Positions 30,601 to 40,650 of a DNA stretch of 64,000 nt are shown piece after piece. Each line of letters starts with the position of its first letter. Position 1 is the first letter of the stretch. The translations under genes and the position numbers were made by a program. Origin of the DNA: Bacteroidia bacterium (GTDB lineage Bacteria; Bacteroidota; Bacteroidia; NS11-12g; UBA9320); the NCBI GenBank assembly GCA_965216465.1, contig CBDCFW010000005.1, forward strand, positions 640,001-704,000, written 5' to 3'. Below the pieces are notes generated by a model. The model ran no database searches, was not told the DNA's origin, and saw only the letters and a program-made list of their open reading frames with translations.

Positions 30601-32686
30601 ATTCATGATTTTTATGCTTTTCAATAAGGTCAATTAACCCATTCACCTCTTTTTTTATCTTTTTTGAATCAATCAATTCACCAAACAGAAAAGCTGGATT
30701 GAAACTCTCCATCAATTTGCCAAACAAGCCAGGTTTTTTACTCTTAAAAGGGTCAGAAATGGTTATCAGTGGACTAAGATTGGCATAGTCAATTACTCCA
30801 TAACCATTTGCAAAGTTTTTGTTCGATTTCTTCTTTACTACAAGTTTATCAAGGTAGATTTGCTCGTTCTCTCCAAAGTTTTTATGTGTGTCAATGTAGG
30901 CTATCGCTTGCTGCTCCACATAACTTGACATCTTGTTTGCACTTTTTAGTTGAGTAAGGATTTCGAGTCCACCCATGCGTTGATTAATGTTTCCAGACTC
31001 AAGCAATGCAGTAGAACAATATTTAATACTGCTATCTCCCTGTTTTAACATGAGATTCAGGGTATCCCGCCTTACATCTTTACCCTTACGGGTGAGTAAT
31101 CCTATTAGCACATCGAGATCTTCCTCTTCGACGCGAGTCAAATGATAAAGAACATTAAACGCTGTGGACCGAACGGTCTCATTTCGATCTTTCAATGCCT
31201 GCCAAACCAACTTTTTTTTCCATGTATTAGATGGTATGTGAATTGATTTAAATTTCCTATCGTTCGCATAGCGCAACGACCAAACGTTGTGGTCTGGAAA
31301 TATCTTTCTAATGTAAGACTCACGCACTTCGGACGGTATAGATGCTAATTCTGCACTCATTTCTTCAAGTTGCTTATCATTGGCATGTTGAACCGCGATT
31401 TGGTAGAAATAATCTGACTTGATTTTATAATCTATCCATGAAAATCCGCTTCCTGTTACCTGCTTTCCTGCTTTAGGAACGCTGGTAGCTATATCTATGA
31501 GCTGACCAACAAGTTCCTGTTTCCAGCTGCTTTTAGGAATAAGTTGAACAATGAGGTAGTCCAGCTCTAAATCTTTGCCAATATTCTCTACCATCCAGTC
31601 GAGTAGAACGGTATTGGTTCTACCTGTTCTTTGCATGAAGTAGCAGGCTATAATCTTTTTCTCTCGACTAGCATTCTGAATTAAATCGATGGCCTTTAAA
31701 TTGGCCTCGTCTACATTTAAAATTCCCATGCTCCATAAAGCGATATACACTTCGAGATTATCATTGCTCTGTAAAGCCTTTATAGCATCTTTTTGAGACA
31801 ACATAAAATTAAGTGCCAACTCCAGACAACGTTTCACGGTCGCTTTTTTAGGTGCCTCCCAATGAAAACCAAACCATTCATCTATCTCCATAATTACTGA
31901 ACTAAATCGTTGAAGGTCATTATCCAGTATAACTTTCATGAAATAAGCAAGAGCTTTTGGTGAAGCTTCTTTCAGGTTTGCTATTATGGTTTGACGAAGT
32001 CCCTCTTGGCGCTGTGCAGCTAATAAAAGTTTAGCAACCATTTCCCAAGCGTCTTTACGATCACTTAGAATTAATCCTTCAATTAAGTCACTGCAAACCC
32101 CGCCAATTTCATCCTCCCCATCGAGAATGTTGCTAATTCGGTCAAACAAAACTTTATCTCCTTTTTTAAGGGCAATACCAATTACGCGAGACAATATTCC
32201 AGTGCTGAACTCCTGGTAAACGGAATAACGAATAATTTCATCTAACGGAAGCTTATAGGGGAAAATTTCTCCTCTATTAAAAAGGTCATATAGAAAAGAA
32301 AGTTTTTTGGTGGTGTACGTGTCTGAGGGTTTACTTCTAAAAGGTCGTTTGTAATAATCGTTCTGGTAAGGGCCCAGATTCATCTCGTCCCACAAATCAG
32401 CAATATGAATTCCGATATTAGGGCCGTAAAGTTTAGCGGCCAATGATTTTCCTTGACTGCTTTTCCATGGGTTAAACTTTGGGTCATTACCAAAATTCAA
32501 TTTGTACATCTCCAGGGCATACTCATCATTGTACCCATAATATCCATCATCAGTACGAGTTAAATTGCCCGTTAATATTTTACCTAAAGTAATGTACTTG
32601 CTTGATAAGGTCGCAAGACTAGACGTTCGAAATTTAGGAAGTTTACTTTCTGCTATTATTTTTTCTGCTTGTTCTATAGGTATCAT
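27655..32686 (-). CDS. Giant helical-repeat DUF4132-type (MolR/YehI-related) protein, about 1676 aa, split into two ORFs by one extra A in an A7 run (29741-29747)
   Basis: Upstream ORF ends LYEPLKKDMARY*. The +1 frame continues KTWLDIELKRGDVATEA into ORF 27655..29682. Motifs LLLAAQRQEGLRQ, FGAQRRESE, AHPVHL, QPFKQIFRELY, FSEVMRDIDLVVSVAH and YSIHLGSG. Confidence 0.8.
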
Positions 32687-33108
32687 AATCTCCAGCGGGT
32701 TCCGGTTAAAAATGTGAGGCGTATAAATGTTATTTCTGACTCGGGTTGCAGTGTAATATTTGAATCCAAAGTAATTTCTTCATCATCTAAAAAAATGGCA
32801 AAAAGGCCATCTTTATGGGCTAGTAATGCAGCTTCAAGTGCTGTATCAGCATCAGCTTTTTGATCGTTAAAAATTGCCCCAAATGACACTTTTCCCATTT
32901 CGGCTTGATCTTGAATTTCCGATGGAAGTAAAAAACCTGACACAAAAGGCTCATCTCGTTTCTTGTTGAAGCGCACTACTTCGGACCGAATGCAAGCTTC
33001 TACTAAATCAGCACCAGTACGAATTGCAAGGTCTGTTTCTAGCTGCACGGTATAAATCTTTTTCTTACCTAGCCTCTTTAGATGTAAAGTATGTCTAACC
33101 ACAGTCAA
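32683..33108 (-). CDS. Small partner of the DUF4132 protein; predicted MoaD/ThiS/ubiquitin-like beta-grasp fold with a helical insertion
   Basis: ATGA overlap with the giant gene. C-terminal DGLFAIFLDDEEITLDSNITLQPESEITFIRLTFLTG parallels MoaD/ThiS C-termini. Confidence 0.65.
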   Translation of the reverse strand: MTVVRHTLHLKRLGKKKIYTVQLETDLAIRTGADLVEACIRSEVVRFNKKRDEPFVSGFLLPSEIQDQAEMGKVSFGAIFNDQKADADTALEAALLAHKDGLFAIFLDDEEITLDSNITLQPESEITFIRLTFLTGTRWRL

Positions 33109-33186
33109 AATGATTGAGTCTGCAATTTAATCATCTCTTGATAGAGATAAAATATGAAGTACAAAAAGTTTAGTTAAGCAAAAATC

Positions 33187-33651
33187 TTACTCCACCGACA
33201 AATTCAGCGGCATGCCATACGTTGATCTTACTGGTCGATCTCGTGCCTTTGCTGGAGTCCACATTCCCGAAGTTGATTGTATTACTCGAATTGCTTCATC
33301 TTCAATTCCATAACCGATTGGCTTTGAAGCGGTTCGTACATTGGAAACAGAACCATCTTTATTTACGGTCCATTCTAATTTTACAACCCCTCCCACGCCT
33401 GCAATAACCGCGGTGTCAGGATACTCAAAATTCTCGGCTATGTACAGCTGCAATCCGGAATGTCCATTTGGATTAAATTTGGCTTTCACCTCAATTTGAA
33501 ACATCTCAAAAACTTCTTCGTCAGCCTCAACTTCGTCTCGATCTATATACTTCAAATCAATCTCTTGCGAGTCATCTGTATCAGCAGAATCGGTTTGTGA
33601 AAAGCTATGAAATGAGAACAGGAGAAGTGAAAGAGTTATAAAATAGTTCAT
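33187..33651 (-). CDS. TonB C-terminal domain protein
   Basis: YPDTA..GVGGVVKLEWTVNKDGSVSNV..EAIRVI..WTPAK. Confidence 0.85.
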   Translation of the reverse strand: MNYFITLSLLLFSFHSFSQTDSADTDDSQEIDLKYIDRDEVEADEEVFEMFQIEVKAKFNPNGHSGLQLYIAENFEYPDTAVIAGVGGVVKLEWTVNKDGSVSNVRTASKPIGYGIEDEAIRVIQSTSGMWTPAKARDRPVRSTYGMPLNLSVE

Positions 33652-33721
33652 GACTCAAATATAGCGAAGAAGAATCGAAGTCTCTTTTAGAACTCATTTG
33701 CATACATTTGTTTGTATCAAA

Positions 33722-34453
33722 ATGCGAACACTGGTATTACTGCTACTCTTTTCTGTATTTGTTGGATGTACTTCTCACAATCCTAAAAAATTAGATTTTG
33801 TTCAGACGAACACATTAGAACTGCACGATAGTAGTTCAAATCGAGACATTGACGTTGAGACCTACTTTGTTGACACCAGCAGACATGAAGGCCTTGTTAT
33901 TCTTAATGCAGGATATGGATGCAGCAACACTGAGTACAGTTATATTACGAAGCTTTTTGCTCAAGAAGGTTATCTTGTTGCTGCTATTCATCACGAGGCT
34001 GAACATGACCCTCCTCTTCCGATAGGAGATAGCATCTACGACAAAAGATTACCTTTCTGGCAACAAGGCGTATCGACTATTCAATTTGTTAAGTCATATT
34101 TTCAGCTTAAACAACACTCATTCCAGAAAGCAATACTTGTTGGGCACTCGAACGGAGGTGACATTGCTGCCCTCTATGCTACACTGTATTCAAATGAAGT
34201 TCAAGCACTTATCACTCTAGATCACCGTCGTGTTCCTCTCCCGCTCAACAGAGATTTTAAAACGTTATCGTTTCGAGGCTATGATTTTCCTGCGGATGAT
34301 GGTGTGATTCCCAATCCCGACCAATGTGAGGAATACAACATTTCCCTTTATTCTTTAGATAGTGTTGGCCACAACTTTATGCGTGATAATGGAAGTCGTA
34401 AAATGAAGAGAGAGGTTATAGCAGAGATTTCAAAACTTCTTGAATTTCAATAG
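33722..34453 (+). CDS. Alpha/beta hydrolase lipoprotein
   Basis: FVGC lipobox. GHSNGG nucleophile elbow. Candidate Asp (ADD) and His (GHN). Confidence 0.85.
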   Translation: MRTLVLLLLFSVFVGCTSHNPKKLDFVQTNTLELHDSSSNRDIDVETYFVDTSRHEGLVILNAGYGCSNTEYSYITKLFAQEGYLVAAIHHEAEHDPPLPIGDSIYDKRLPFWQQGVSTIQFVKSYFQLKQHSFQKAILVGHSNGGDIAALYATLYSNEVQALITLDHRRVPLPLNRDFKTLSFRGYDFPADDGVIPNPDQCEEYNISLYSLDSVGHNFMRDNGSRKMKREVIAEISKLLEFQ

Positions 34454-34462
34454 TCTTCTCTC

Positions 34463-35584
34463 CTACTTCCACCACTCGTTTTGCGTAACCGATATGGTGT
34501 CTAATGCAATCACCTCACCAATAACCGGAGTAATGCAATCAATTGCCAATCTTTCGGCTTCAGCAGTACTTCTTTTTACCGGGTCATTCCAATCGTGCAT
34601 GGCCAAAGTGAAAGCTCCCCAATGGATAGGCATCATTACTTTAGCCTGCACATCCTTGGCTGCTTTGACAGATTCTTCCGGCATCATATGAATTTGATCC
34701 CAATTTTCATTGTATTGACCACACTCCATTAACGTGATATCAAACGGTCCATATTTATTTCCAATTTCCTCAAAATGAGGCCCATAACCACTATCTCCAC
34801 TAAAGAATATTTTGGTATTACTACCTTTTAACACCCACGACCCCCATAAGGTAGTATTGTTGTTGCCAATCTTTCTTCCCGAAAAGTGACGTGCGGGGGT
34901 AAATGCTATATCTATAGTCTCTAGCTTAGCTTCATCCCACCAATTAAACTCTTTTATACGATCTTCAGATACGCCCCATTTTTTTAAATGTGCACCAACT
35001 CCAAGAGGAACATAAAACATTTTCGTTTTAGCATTCAACTGCTTAATTGAACCATAGTCTAGATGATCGTAATGGTCATGCGAAATAATAATTAAATCGA
35101 CTTCTTGAAGTTCCTCGATCTCGACCGGTAATTCTTTTGAATATCTGCTTGCTCCTAAGGCGGGATGCGGTGCAGGTGTATTACCCAACATGGGGTCAAT
35201 CAAAATGGTCTTTTCATTCATTTTCAAGAGAAAAGCAGAATGTCCATACCACATAATTTGATCTGTGTTAGCACTATTCCAAGAAGCAGTATCAAGATCT
35301 TGCGTAGGAAGTTCTGATTGGGGAGACTTGTTAGGATTTCCTTTGATATACAGTTTCATCATCCTAACCATTGAACTCCAACTATAGTCTATAGAAGTCG
35401 GAATTAAGTTCTGAAATGTTCCATCAGCATAGTGGCCTGAATTTTCATATTTTACTACATCTTCTTTACTATGACTTCCACCAAACTGCGGAGCTGTATT
35501 CATATAAACAATGGTGAAAACAACTAAGGTTAGAAGTACAATTCCAAGTGTTATCATGGTTTTTTTAATTATTCTTTTAAACAT
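34463..35584 (-). CDS. MBL-fold metallohydrolase (NAPE-PLD/RomA-like)
   Basis: WYGHSA, SHDHYDHLD, PARHFSGR, FSGDSGY and PIHWG motifs. Confidence 0.9.
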   Translation of the reverse strand: MFKRIIKKTMITLGIVLLTLVVFTIVYMNTAPQFGGSHSKEDVVKYENSGHYADGTFQNLIPTSIDYSWSSMVRMMKLYIKGNPNKSPQSELPTQDLDTASWNSANTDQIMWYGHSAFLLKMNEKTILIDPMLGNTPAPHPALGASRYSKELPVEIEELQEVDLIIISHDHYDHLDYGSIKQLNAKTKMFYVPLGVGAHLKKWGVSEDRIKEFNWWDEAKLETIDIAFTPARHFSGRKIGNNNTTLWGSWVLKGSNTKIFFSGDSGYGPHFEEIGNKYGPFDITLMECGQYNENWDQIHMMPEESVKAAKDVQAKVMMPIHWGAFTLAMHDWNDPVKRSTAEAERLAIDCITPVIGEVIALDTISVTQNEWWK

Positions 35585-35585
35585 C

Positions 35586-36506
35586 TTAATTCAACAAGTT
35601 AGACCTATAATCATTGGGAGTTAATCCGGTTTTTTTCTTGAAAAGTCGACTGAAATAATGCGGGTAATTAAAACCTAGATCATAAGCTATTTCGCTGATG
35701 GTATCTTCACTATTTAACAACGATGTTTTTGCAAGGTTGATCACATGATCGTCGATGTGATCTTTAGTTGTCATCCCGGTCTCTTTGCGCAAAAGGTCGC
35801 TTAGATAATTGGTCGACAAATTCACTTGCTCAGCAAAATACTCTGGAGTTGGTGTTCCAAACTCTAGCTGCTTGTTCGACTTATAATACTCTTTAATCTT
35901 TGCTTCAACTTGACTAATTACATCTGAATGTGCATTAGTGCGGGTAATAAACTGGCGCTCATAAAATCTACGCGAGTAGTTTAAAAACAACTGTAAACTT
36001 GAAACCAAAACTTCTTGACTGTGCTTATCAATGTTTTCATTAAGCTCACCTTGAATTTGTTCGGCAATGCCAATCATTGTACGCTCTTCTTTCTCTGAAA
36101 GGTGTAAGGCTTCGTGCACATCGTAGCTGAAAAATGTATAATCATCAATTCTTCTGCCCAGTTCAAAGTTTCTAATCAAGTCTGGGTGAAACACCATCAT
36201 AAAGCCATAAGTGCTTTTCTGATAGGGGCCAGAAGTTGAAAACACTTGTTTGGGTGCTATGAACTGCAATACTCCTTCTTCAAAATCGAATTTGTTTCGT
36301 CCATATTGCATACCGCAATTCCCATCCTTCATAAAGATGGTATAGAGTTCTGAAACCACTTTAACATCCTCAAAAGCTTCAATATCCAGTTGATCTATTT
36401 GTTGAATATCGATTACGCCAATTAAAGGGTGTTTGGGCTTATCCCAACCAAACATTTTAAACAGTTGTGAGATGGATTCTACGCGAATGATGTTGTTCTC
36501 TTTCAT
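35586..36506 (-). CDS. AraC-family transcriptional regulator
   Basis: FHPDL, YDVHEALHLSEKE and NYLSDLLRKETG..ISEIAYDLGFNYPHYFSRLFKKKTG. Start at ATG 36506, just downstream of TACCTTTG (36522-36529). Confidence 0.92.
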   Translation of the reverse strand: MKENNIIRVESISQLFKMFGWDKPKHPLIGVIDIQQIDQLDIEAFEDVKVVSELYTIFMKDGNCGMQYGRNKFDFEEGVLQFIAPKQVFSTSGPYQKSTYGFMMVFHPDLIRNFELGRRIDDYTFFSYDVHEALHLSEKEERTMIGIAEQIQGELNENIDKHSQEVLVSSLQLFLNYSRRFYERQFITRTNAHSDVISQVEAKIKEYYKSNKQLEFGTPTPEYFAEQVNLSTNYLSDLLRKETGMTTKDHIDDHVINLAKTSLLNSEDTISEIAYDLGFNYPHYFSRLFKKKTGLTPNDYRSNLLN

Positions 36507-36685
36507 GCTCCTTTGTTGAGACAAAGGTAGAGTTCCGAATGTTATAGAGATAACACAAATTACAGATGGTTGAACACAATTACCTTGTGAGGCCTATTTA
36601 AGTTCGCTGCGTTAAGGGGTCAAACAACCATGGTAAGAGAGACACAACTGGCACTTAAGTACCTTTTATAACGAAATCATAGCAC

Positions 36686-36739
36686 AAAAAAAATACTCCT
36701 CTCAATGATCAGGGTTAACTGATATTGAGAAGAGTATTT
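36686..36739 (-). terminator. Intrinsic terminator of the T9SS gene 36794..39292
   Basis: Imperfect inverted repeat aaatactc.tctcaat.atcag / ctgat attgaga.gagtattt with a poly-U run on the minus strand. Confidence 0.75.
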
Positions 36740-36793
36740 GACTTTACCCGATTAATCAGGTTTAGTTAATAGCCTATACTATTCTATCAATAG

Positions 36794-39292
36794 TTAGTCT
36801 ACTTGCAATAGCATCGTTTTAGCAGAATACTTGCTGCTTATTCTTAAGGTGTATAAACCAGCTCTAACTTCGTTAGTAGTCGCTTCACATGATCCAACTC
36901 CGTTCCAAGTGCTGATGATAGTTCCTTTCATGTCGATTAACTCAACAGTAATTTCATCGTCACTTTCAGTAGTTTTCACTACGAAGTTTCCTCTTGTTGG
37001 GTTTGGATATACAATTACATCAAGCTCGCTCTCCATCTCAACAGCTACAACGTTTGAGTAAGAGTACTGACCGTCAAAGTCAATTTGCTTAATTCTGTAG
37101 TATACATTTCCGCTTTGAGGTGCATTTGCATCAAGGAATCCGTACTTCAAGATTGATACTGAGTTACCAGCTCCAAGAACTTCACCAATTTTAGTGAATT
37201 CTTCACCGTTAACCATTCTTTCAACTTCGAACAATTCGTTGTTTACCTCAGTAGCTGTACTCCATTCTACAAGTACATTACCGTTATCAAGTCCTTTAGC
37301 TTTTACATTAACAAACTCAACAGGAACCTGACCAATCCACCAGTATCTAAGAGTTGCTGGAGTTTCATCAGTTAAACATGCGTTATCAGTAATAGTATAA
37401 GAAACTTGTACCTCATCGTCTGCATACACTTCGAATGACATTAATGACTGATCGAAGTTGTTAATAGTATAAGGTAACATCGCAGCAGTGATGTGAGTAC
37501 CGTTATAGTACAATTCGTTACTATCGTTAAGTGCAAGACCAGTAATTGTAATGCTGTCTAAAGTTGCATTTTGGTTTCCATCTTCGTTATCAGTTGAAGC
37601 AAAGTCATCTGTAGTTCCAAATCCGTGTCCAAATCCAACAGTTACAGTACCACCGTAAACTGGCTTAGCAATTTGGAAGTCTCCACCTGAAGTTTCAGGA
37701 CGTTTGTTGATTCCAAAGTTTGCGTTAGAAATATCTGTGTTCGTGATTGTAATTGTAAGTGATCCGTTTGGACTTCCGTCGTCACCAGCAGCTGCACCAA
37801 TGTTTTCACCAGTGAACGCCCAGTTAGTTGGTAGTCCAGCACTGTTTCCAGTAGATCCAATTGAAGGAGCTGAAGTCATAACAATTGCAGTATAAGTTCC
37901 TGCTAAGTGACATCCTAGGTCATATGAACCGCTACCATCTACTGAAGTAACAGCAACAACTTCATCGCTTCCGTTAACTAATACAGTATACAATTGGTTT
38001 CCGTCAGCAGATCCAATTCCAGTACCACTAACCAATGTGTTGTGGCAAAGTCCGTCAGCGTCGTTAAAGATATTACCTGTAACAGCGTTACCAATAACTA
38101 CTGTAGCTGTGTCGTATTGCGTACAACCTGTTCTTGGGCTGTAAGTATATTCTACTAAATAAGTACCGTTTGCGTTCGCACCCGCAGATAATTCTCCAGT
38201 TGAAGAGTTAACAGTAACGTGTCCGTTGTTAGGTGAAAGTAGAGTAAAAGTTCCTCCGTCAGTATGAGATGGACCATTGTTAGTTGCACTATAGCTTGCA
38301 CCAGCACATAACAGACTTCCGTAATCGATCATCGCTTGACCAACGTTTAATTCTAGTTGGTAAGGTTGAGTTAAATCTTTAAGCGTTGCAGTAGGTGAAC
38401 TTGAAGCTTTAGTTTTTAAGAACATAGTCTCAAAGAATAAGCTAGTACAAGGATCAGCAACAATAGACCCGTTGATTACTTCAGTTAAGTTAATTGCGAT
38501 TTCCACAAATTGCTTAGTAGTATACGTTGTGTCTCCAAATGCACCATAAGGTACATCTACCGTTCCGTTACTTGAAACACCAAATGCGTTTCCTGAAGGA
38601 ATAGTAAAAGCTTGCCAATCGTAGCCACAAGATGCACCTGCATCAGCTACCCATCGGTAGAAGTAAATGCTGTCAACAACACCACCATTGGTGTACTCAA
38701 CAGTAATTAAAATGTCTCCAACTGTTCTACCACAATCAGTTGCTGCTGTGGTAAATGATCCAGATGAAGATCCAGAAGGTGCTACTGCTTCTAGCTTTTC
38801 TTGTAAAAATTCAAAGTCAAGGTAGCTTGTACCGTTAACCGATGCACGGTCAGCGGCCACAACAGCCCAAAGGTCACCTGTAGTCGCCTCAGCAATGTGA
38901 ATGTTTGTGTTGTTTACATCATTCTTTGCTGGCACACTTCCAGTTCCCCAACTCCAAGTTGTAGGGTCCTCGTTAAATTTTGCACCTCCACTGAAAACAT
39001 CGTCGTTCGATGAATTTCCCCACGCATCTGTAGTGTGGAAGTTTAATTCGTAAGCCTTTGCAACACCGTTATCATAAATTAGATAGCCACTGTCGTTACC
39101 ATTTGTTTGGCTTCCTCTAGACCAGTCACCTGCTGTAGAAGATTGTCTTTCAACGTAGCCATCAATGTTAAATGGCAGACCAATCGAATTTAACGACGGA
39201 GTGGTTGTTGATTGTGCAAAGATTAAATTTGGAAAGATTGTTGACGTTAGGATCATGCCTATACTCGTCAAACCAAGTAATAAGTTCTTCAT
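36794..39292 (-). CDS. T9SS type A secreted surface protein (unrecognised N-terminal domain, SdrD/Ig-like middle)
   Basis: Signal peptide ending FAQ. VPVEF..WSTATEVNN..FEVER..YYRIKQIDFDG..VYPNP CTD. Confidence 0.85.
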   Translation of the reverse strand: MKNLLLGLTSIGMILTSTIFPNLIFAQSTTTPSLNSIGLPFNIDGYVERQSSTAGDWSRGSQTNGNDSGYLIYDNGVAKAYELNFHTTDAWGNSSNDDVFSGGAKFNEDPTTWSWGTGSVPAKNDVNNTNIHIAEATTGDLWAVVAADRASVNGTSYLDFEFLQEKLEAVAPSGSSSGSFTTAATDCGRTVGDILITVEYTNGGVVDSIYFYRWVADAGASCGYDWQAFTIPSGNAFGVSSNGTVDVPYGAFGDTTYTTKQFVEIAINLTEVINGSIVADPCTSLFFETMFLKTKASSSPTATLKDLTQPYQLELNVGQAMIDYGSLLCAGASYSATNNGPSHTDGGTFTLLSPNNGHVTVNSSTGELSAGANANGTYLVEYTYSPRTGCTQYDTATVVIGNAVTGNIFNDADGLCHNTLVSGTGIGSADGNQLYTVLVNGSDEVVAVTSVDGSGSYDLGCHLAGTYTAIVMTSAPSIGSTGNSAGLPTNWAFTGENIGAAAGDDGSPNGSLTITITNTDISNANFGINKRPETSGGDFQIAKPVYGGTVTVGFGHGFGTTDDFASTDNEDGNQNATLDSITITGLALNDSNELYYNGTHITAAMLPYTINNFDQSLMSFEVYADDEVQVSYTITDNACLTDETPATLRYWWIGQVPVEFVNVKAKGLDNGNVLVEWSTATEVNNELFEVERMVNGEEFTKIGEVLGAGNSVSILKYGFLDANAPQSGNVYYRIKQIDFDGQYSYSNVVAVEMESELDVIVYPNPTRGNFVVKTTESDDEITVELIDMKGTIISTWNGVGSCEATTNEVRAGLYTLRISSKYSAKTMLLQVD

Positions 39293-39357
39293 ATAAATAA
39301 ATTAATAGGTTATTAAAAAAGTTAAATACTAATCGGTGGTCCTTCGATCACCGAGTA

Positions 39358-39390
39358 CAAAGGTAGAATAATTGATCGCTCGAATTCAAA
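39358..39390 (-). promoter_or_regulatory. Consensus Bacteroidetes sigma-A promoter TTTG-N21-TACCTTTG
   Basis: -33 TTTG (forward caaa 39387-39390) and -7 TACCTTTG (39358-39365), 21-nt spacer. Confidence 0.75.
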
Positions 39391-39653
39391 TAATTCAACA
39401 AGATTTCTGAAATATACCACCAGACATAATTCATAACTATTTAACTTTTAAGTATTTACGATTTTTTCTACCCCCACGGGGGTATATGGTGATTTTTACT
39501 TAAAACAAGCGTATTTTGAAACATCTCTAAAATCTCCTGGACTACTTTTTGAGTAGAATTTAGAGCTAAAAACACCTGCTTTGAGCGTTAATTTTAGCCA
39601 TCAAAATTTTAGATGTTACTAAGATATTTGATTAAAATCTGTTTAATAAGTTG

Positions 39654-40373
39654 CTAATCCCATCCTCCTGAGAATCTTCCTAGCTCATCCCATTGTCCAT
39701 TGTAGTACTCAAAACCAGTACTAATAATTAAAGAGCCACCTCTGTTTTTCTTGTCCATTCTGAAGTCTACGTCATAATTTAGGCTGACATATGCTAAGCG
39801 TAAACTATCTCCAGTGTTATTCCACGCTGTTACTGAACTTCCTAGAGGCAATAAGGGACAGTACACCAATTCTCCCTTTTCTTGATTGCTGTATTGAACA
39901 CCTTGTATTGTAAATGATTCGGTAATGCTAATCCCAGTGTCAGAGTGAACCTGAAACTTTTCTTTGTTTTCATGTTTATAGAATTGGAAGGTATCTAACC
40001 CATTGCTCCGTACTAGTGTTAATACAATATCAAGTTCCGAAAAACCAGAATTTAATTCTGACACACCACAGAAGTTTTGCGTTATACGTTCTTCAATTCT
40101 GTTATCTCCTTGTTGCTCTGTAAATATTGAATCTCGGGCTTTCGTCAGATTCTCAACCATAGAACGGGTCCATGATTCTAGTGTTTTTACATCAGCACTG
40201 TCCTCTTCAAGATATTGGAGTTCGGGCAGGGTATAGTCGTGATTCGATCCAAAAAACTCGGAGTCAAATTCTTCTTGAAATGAAGGAGGCTCTGAATCTG
40301 AGCACGAAGACCCTATTATTACTAAAAACAAAACTGCTAGTAACTTAATGTGTATATACTCTCTTATTTTCAT
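39654..40373 (-). CDS. Hypothetical acidic lipoprotein
   Basis: GSSC lipobox followed by SDSE. Confidence 0.7.
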   Translation of the reverse strand: MKIREYIHIKLLAVLFLVIIGSSCSDSEPPSFQEEFDSEFFGSNHDYTLPELQYLEEDSADVKTLESWTRSMVENLTKARDSIFTEQQGDNRIEERITQNFCGVSELNSGFSELDIVLTLVRSNGLDTFQFYKHENKEKFQVHSDTGISITESFTIQGVQYSNQEKGELVYCPLLPLGSSVTAWNNTGDSLRLAYVSLNYDVDFRMDKKNRGGSLIISTGFEYYNGQWDELGRFSGGWD

Positions 40374-40467
40374 AATGTTGATTTATAATTTTAGCAAGCG
40401 ACGTTAAATGAGGCTTGCAATTTAACATGGTTCAAAGAAAGTACATGGTTCATTTAACGATGCGGAG

Positions 40468-40498
40468 CATCGTAACAGATGATTGAACTATTGTAACA
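40468..40498 (-). promoter_or_regulatory. Tandem 21-bp-period operator TGTTACAATAGTTCAATCATCTGTTACGATG (AraC/HTCS type)
   Basis: 26/31 identical to 52519..52549. Starts 62 nt before the TTTG at 40436-40433. Confidence 0.75.
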
Positions 40499-40576
40499 AC
40501 TACCAAATCTGAAAGTTCCGAAGATCAAAAAGTTTTACTGCACAATACACCGCTAATCAGCCCAATTTAATAGGGT

Positions 40577-40613
40577 TGTTACAATTGTCCAAGTATTTGA
40601 AATGATAGTCCAA
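40577..40613 (+). promoter_or_regulatory. Tandem operator TGTTACAATTGTCCAA-N5-TGAAATGATAGTCCAA
   Basis: Same motif family as 40468 and 52519. Starts 62 nt before the TTTG at 40639. Confidence 0.7.
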
Positions 40614-40650
40614 AAGCTACTTCTTGTATTGCATGAGCTTTGAAGTAATT

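Noticed and set aside
34463-35584. Metallo-beta-lactamase (carbapenemase)
   Set aside because: Length and motifs (HFSGR, PIHWG) fit the NAPE-PLD/RomA-like branch, not B1-B3 enzymes.
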